Below, piece by piece: positions 60,055 through 64,000 of a stretch of 64,000 nt of DNA. The translations under genes were made by a program, and so were the position numbers. The stretch is from Burkholderiaceae bacterium (lineage in GTDB: Bacteria > Pseudomonadota > Gammaproteobacteria > Burkholderiales > Burkholderiaceae_C): positions 749 through 64,748 of the forward strand of contig JBAQUQ010000047.1 of the NCBI GenBank assembly GCA_049297615.1. The letters are read 5' to 3'. Numbering within the stretch: the stretch's first letter is position 1; each line of letters starts with the position of its first letter. The notes under the pieces were generated by a model. It made no database searches. It was given only the letters and a program-made list of their open reading frames with translations, and had not been told where the DNA came from.

Positions 60055-60395
60055 GTGTGCAGCGCGCTGATTTCCTGACCAGCGAAAACTCCCTCTCGCC
60101 GCACCGCCCTCGGCCCAGCTACATGCCCGGATTCGCCACTTGTCGCGCTGTTCAGACTTGCGACGCCACCTCTGTCGGTGAGGTCTCGCGCGTTCGGTGC
60201 GTCGCCTCATTGCGCCGCGGGGGCCGGCGAAATCGCTCGAACTCCAGCCTTGAGCGGCCGCCTTCGGAAAAGGCTGTTGCTCCATCGTCTGACTCAGTTG
60301 AAACTCAATCGGGGCGCAAGTATCAGGGAATAGATCAGCGCAGCGTTAGCGTGAGGCGGCTGCGACAAACGCCGTGAAGTGTCGATAATCTGGCC

Positions 60396-60839
60396 ATGCC
60401 GGGATTGATGATCATTGCCCACACGCCCTTGGCTTCTTCACTGAAGGCCGTGGCCGAGCATGCGTATCCGGAGTGCAGAGGCTTGATTGAAGCTTTGGAC
60501 GTCTCTCCGGACGACGGTTTCGAGAAGCTCGAGGCCACCGCGCGCGCTATGTTGCAGCGGGTCCGGGATCCTGACGCGCTCGTCTTCACTGACGTGTTCG
60601 GCGCCACGCCTTGCAATGTGGCGCAGCGCTTGGCGGATGGCGTTCACGTCAAGGTCATATCGGGCGTCAACGTTCCGATGCTTTGGCGCACGTTGTGCTA
60701 TGAGCACGAACCGCTCGACGCCCTTGCGATCCGAGCGATGACCGGCGCGACTCAAGGCGTTATTGCGTTGGAAAACGCCAAATCCCAGGGTCCGGTATTG
60801 GGCATTGGCGGTGATGATCAAGAAGAACATCAGGATTAG
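60396..60839 (+). CDS. PTS EIIA component, mannose/fructose family (PtsM-like)
   Basis: ORF 60396..60839 begins MIIAHTPLASSL (an EIIA-Man phospho-His region) and contains FTDVFGATPCN. It is the first gene of an EIIA-HPr-EI cluster. Confidence 0.8.
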   Translation: MPGLMIIAHTPLASSLKAVAEHAYPECRGLIEALDVSPDDGFEKLEATARAMLQRVRDPDALVFTDVFGATPCNVAQRLADGVHVKVISGVNVPMLWRTLCYEHEPLDALAIRAMTGATQGVIALENAKSQGPVLGIGGDDQEEHQD

Positions 60840-61083
60840 CAACAAGCTCGGGCTGCACGCGCGCGCTTCGGCCAAGCTGACGAAGTTGGCCGGCCGTTTT
60901 CAGTGCGAAATTCATTTGACGCGCAAGGACCGCCGCGTCAATGCGAAGAGCATCATGGGTGTCATGATGCTCGCCGCCGGCCTGGGCAGCGAGATTGAAA
61001 TCGAGGCCCTAGGTGTGGACGAGCAAGCGGCGATTGACGCGCTCTTTGCAATGATCAACGAGAAGTTCGGCGAAACCGAATAG
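60814..61083 (+). CDS. ptsH: Phosphocarrier protein HPr
   Basis: Internal start MIKKNIRISNKLGLHARASAKL (the His-15 motif GLHARAS) in ORF 60763..61083, with KSIMGVMMLAAG. It overlaps the EIIA 3' end by 26 nt. Confidence 0.9.
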   Translation: MIKKNIRISNKLGLHARASAKLTKLAGRFQCEIHLTRKDRRVNAKSIMGVMMLAAGLGSEIEIEALGVDEQAAIDALFAMINEKFGETE

Positions 61084-61196
61084 TCTGCAGTGACTGGGAT
61101 GCCGCGAAACACCGCGCCGGCGAACAATCCGTGTGGACCCAGCAAAGGGGCCGCAAGCAGGGAATCTTCAAGCAGGCGCTGCTAGCATCGCGGGTC

Positions 61197-63011
61197 ATGA
61201 GCATCCAACTCTTCGGTCTACCGGTGTCACGAGGCGTCGCGATCGGCCGAGCGGTGCTGGTGGCATCGAGTCGTGTCGATGTGGCTCACTATTTCATCGA
61301 TGTTCAGCGAGTGGAGTCCGAAATTGCGCGCCTTCGACAGGCACGTGACATCGTCGCCGAGGAATTGAGCTTGCTGCAACGCGCTCTGCCCGCGGATGCG
61401 CCGGGTGAGCTTTCCGCGCTGTTGGACGTGCACTTGATGCTACTGCACGACGATGCGCTCACAACCGCCACCAAACATTGGATCGAAGAACGCCACTACA
61501 ACGCTGAATGGGCGTTGTCGGCGCAGCTCGAAGTCCTGGCACGTCAGTTCGACGAAATGGAGGACGACTACTTGCGCGAGCGCAAGGCCGACCTCGAACA
61601 GGTCGTCGAGCGGATGCTGCGTGCGATGGTGCGAAGTGCAGCCCCCGATTCTGGTCGCAAGAAGGGAAGGGCGGCAGGGGAAATTGCCGGCGAAGGCCCC
61701 CTGGTCCTCGTTGCGAACGACGTCGCCCCGGCCGACATGTTGCAGTTCAAAAGGAGCGTGTTCATCGGCTTCATCACTGATGTCGGCGGCAGAACCTCCC
61801 ACACTGCCATCGTTGCGCGCAGCATGGACATTCCGGCGGTCGTGGGGGCGCGCGAGGCGAGTCGCATCATCCGGCAAGACGACTGGGTCGTGATCGACGG
61901 CGATGCCGGGGTCGTCATCGTCAATCCCTCGCCGATTCTTCTTGAAGAGTATCGCTTTCGGCAACGCCAAAGTGGGGTAGAGCGCGAGCGATTGTCACGC
62001 CTGCGCCATACGCCGGCAGTTACGCTCGACGGCGAGCGCGTCGAACTCTTGGCGAATATCGAATTGCCCGGCGATGCGAGTTCGGCACTGGCTGCGGGGG
62101 CGGTCGGCGTAGGCTTGTTTCGCAGTGAGTTTCTGTTCATGAATCGTGCAGGCGATCTGCCCGGCGAGGACGAGCAGTTCGAGGCCTATCGCACTGCCGT
62201 GCAGGCGATGAATGGCTTGCCGGTGACGATTCGCACGGTCGATATCGGCGCGGACAAACCCACGGATCGCTTGACGGTCAGCGAGTTGCGCCATGAGCAT
62301 GCGCTCAATCCCGCCATGGGGCTGCGCGCGATACGCTGGAGCCTGTCGGAACCGGGGATGTTCCGCCAACAGTTGCGCGCGATTTTGCGGGCAAGTGCTT
62401 TCGGCAAAGTTCGGATCCTCATCCCGATGGTGGCACATGTCAGTGAAGTCCGACATACGTTGGACACCTTGGCGCGTGCAAAGCAGCAACTGGACGAAAC
62501 GGGAAGGGCGTATAGCGAGGTGGAAGTGGGCGCGATGATCGAAGTACCCGCGGCCGCTCTGGTGCTGCCGGTTTTTCTGAAGTACTTCGATTTTGTGTCC
62601 ATCGGGACTAACGATCTGATCCAGTACACGCTAGCGATCGATCGCGCAGACGAATCTGTCGCCCACCTGTATGACCCATGGCATCCCGCAGTGCTGCAAC
62701 TCGTCGCCGTTACGATTCGCCAGGCAAGCGTCGCCAAGCGCGGCGTCAGCGTCTGCGGGGAAATGGCAGGTGATCCTGCGTTCACTGAACTGTTGCTGGC
62801 GATGGGCCTGCGCAGTTTTTCGATGCACCCGACGCAGATCGCCGCCGTGAAGCAGCGCATCCTGCGAACGGATACTCGACGTTGGGCGTCCTCGTTGCCT
62901 GAGATCCTCGAGTCAGAAAATCCGGAAGGTCGATTTTTGGCTGCGTTGCAGGCGATCACGACCTCACAGCCCGAGCCCCTTCTACGCCGCGGCGGGAAGG
63001 GCCCATCATGA
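61197..63011 (+). CDS. ptsI: Phosphoenolpyruvate-protein phosphotransferase (PTS Enzyme I)
   Basis: Internal start MSIQLFGLPVSRGVAIGRAVL in ORF 61131..63011. It contains GGRTSHTAIVARSM (the phospho-His), GLFRSEFLFM, IGTNDLIQYTLA and CGEMAGDP. Confidence 0.93.
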   Translation: MSIQLFGLPVSRGVAIGRAVLVASSRVDVAHYFIDVQRVESEIARLRQARDIVAEELSLLQRALPADAPGELSALLDVHLMLLHDDALTTATKHWIEERHYNAEWALSAQLEVLARQFDEMEDDYLRERKADLEQVVERMLRAMVRSAAPDSGRKKGRAAGEIAGEGPLVLVANDVAPADMLQFKRSVFIGFITDVGGRTSHTAIVARSMDIPAVVGAREASRIIRQDDWVVIDGDAGVVIVNPSPILLEEYRFRQRQSGVERERLSRLRHTPAVTLDGERVELLANIELPGDASSALAAGAVGVGLFRSEFLFMNRAGDLPGEDEQFEAYRTAVQAMNGLPVTIRTVDIGADKPTDRLTVSELRHEHALNPAMGLRAIRWSLSEPGMFRQQLRAILRASAFGKVRILIPMVAHVSEVRHTLDTLARAKQQLDETGRAYSEVEVGAMIEVPAAALVLPVFLKYFDFVSIGTNDLIQYTLAIDRADESVAHLYDPWHPAVLQLVAVTIRQASVAKRGVSVCGEMAGDPAFTELLLAMGLRSFSMHPTQIAAVKQRILRTDTRRWASSLPEILESENPEGRFLAALQAITTSQPEPLLRRGGKGPS

Positions 63012-63122
63012 TGCAAGCGACAACGATGTGGCGGCGCTGGTTGCCCTGCGTGGTCGGTTCGACCTCGATGCCCGGTGAGGACTGTGTGCACTGATCACTG
63101 ATTGCTCGCTAACGCAGCGCAA

Positions 63123-63152
63123 TTGACAGCACCGTGAAAAACGTGCCATACT
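63123..63152 (+). promoter_or_regulatory. Putative rrn promoter (TTGACA -18 nt- CATACT)
   Basis: aaTTGACAgcaccgtgaaaaacgtgcCATACTgacgg lies about 180 nt upstream of the mature 16S 5' end. It has a perfect -35 and a 4/6 -10. Confidence 0.55.
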
Positions 63153-63195
63153 GACGGACTTCGCTGGTTACAGATCAGCGACGCCGCAAGGCGCA

Positions 63196-63206
63196 GCTCT
63201 TTAAAA
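63196..63206 (+). promoter_or_regulatory. boxA-like antitermination element in the rrn leader
   Basis: GCTCTTTAAAA matches the core of the boxA consensus (TGCTCTTTAACAA). It lies between the promoter and the 16S gene. Confidence 0.55.
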
Positions 63207-63331
63207 ACTGACAGCCGATAAGTGTGGGCGTTTGGGGTCGAGTGCGACGAATCGCAAGATTCATGGTCGTTTGACCAAAACGCTCAACGAAGTGAAGTTC
63301 ACTTCAATTCAATGAGTAGGAAATCAAGATC

Positions 63332-64000
<669 letters not shown>

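Overview
High-GC (roughly two-thirds G+C by eye) chromosomal segment from a betaproteobacterium. The partial 16S rRNA gene at the right edge looks Burkholderiales-like, but no database search was possible. The window is mostly densely packed core genome. It holds groESL with a CIRCE operator, ubiA, gdh, yggS-proC, pilT-pilU and the conserved rsmI / yraN-diaA-dolP cluster. It continues with dadA, amn, an orphan EF-G paralogue convergent with prfC, hemE, priA, mmsA, phoX, recQ and ssb. Further right are a TRAP-transporter operon with embedded enzymes, a two-subunit molybdo-hydroxylase, zwf, an Fbp/Afu-type ABC importer, pgi, peptidases and a molybdopterin oxidoreductase. The window ends with an incomplete PTS (EIIA-Man/HPr/EI) followed by an rrn promoter, leader and 16S start. 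I saw no CRISPR array, tRNA, integrase or prophage. The only clearly accessory, system-like module is a two-gene restriction-modification-like cassette at 29.3-31.1 kb. It pairs a beta-class amino-methyltransferase carrying an N-terminal winged-helix extension with a PD-(D/E)xK nuclease whose start codon sits inside the recQ stop region. Other items worth follow-up: a terminator-ended structured RNA candidate in the 397-nt gap upstream of mmsA; an AT-rich island with a perfect DnaA box between hemE and priA; a roughly 160-nt imperfect palindrome after ssb; a decayed IS3-family orfA relic; and context-based re-interpretation of the ferric-type ABC transporter flanked by zwf and pgi. I did not find convincing evidence for a wholly new multi-gene system. 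Many long ORFs in the six-frame track are antisense shadow ORFs typical of high-GC DNA and were not called. Start coordinates were chosen by counting residues within the supplied ORFs and checking the start codon in the sequence. All functional calls come from my own recognition of protein motifs, not from searches.
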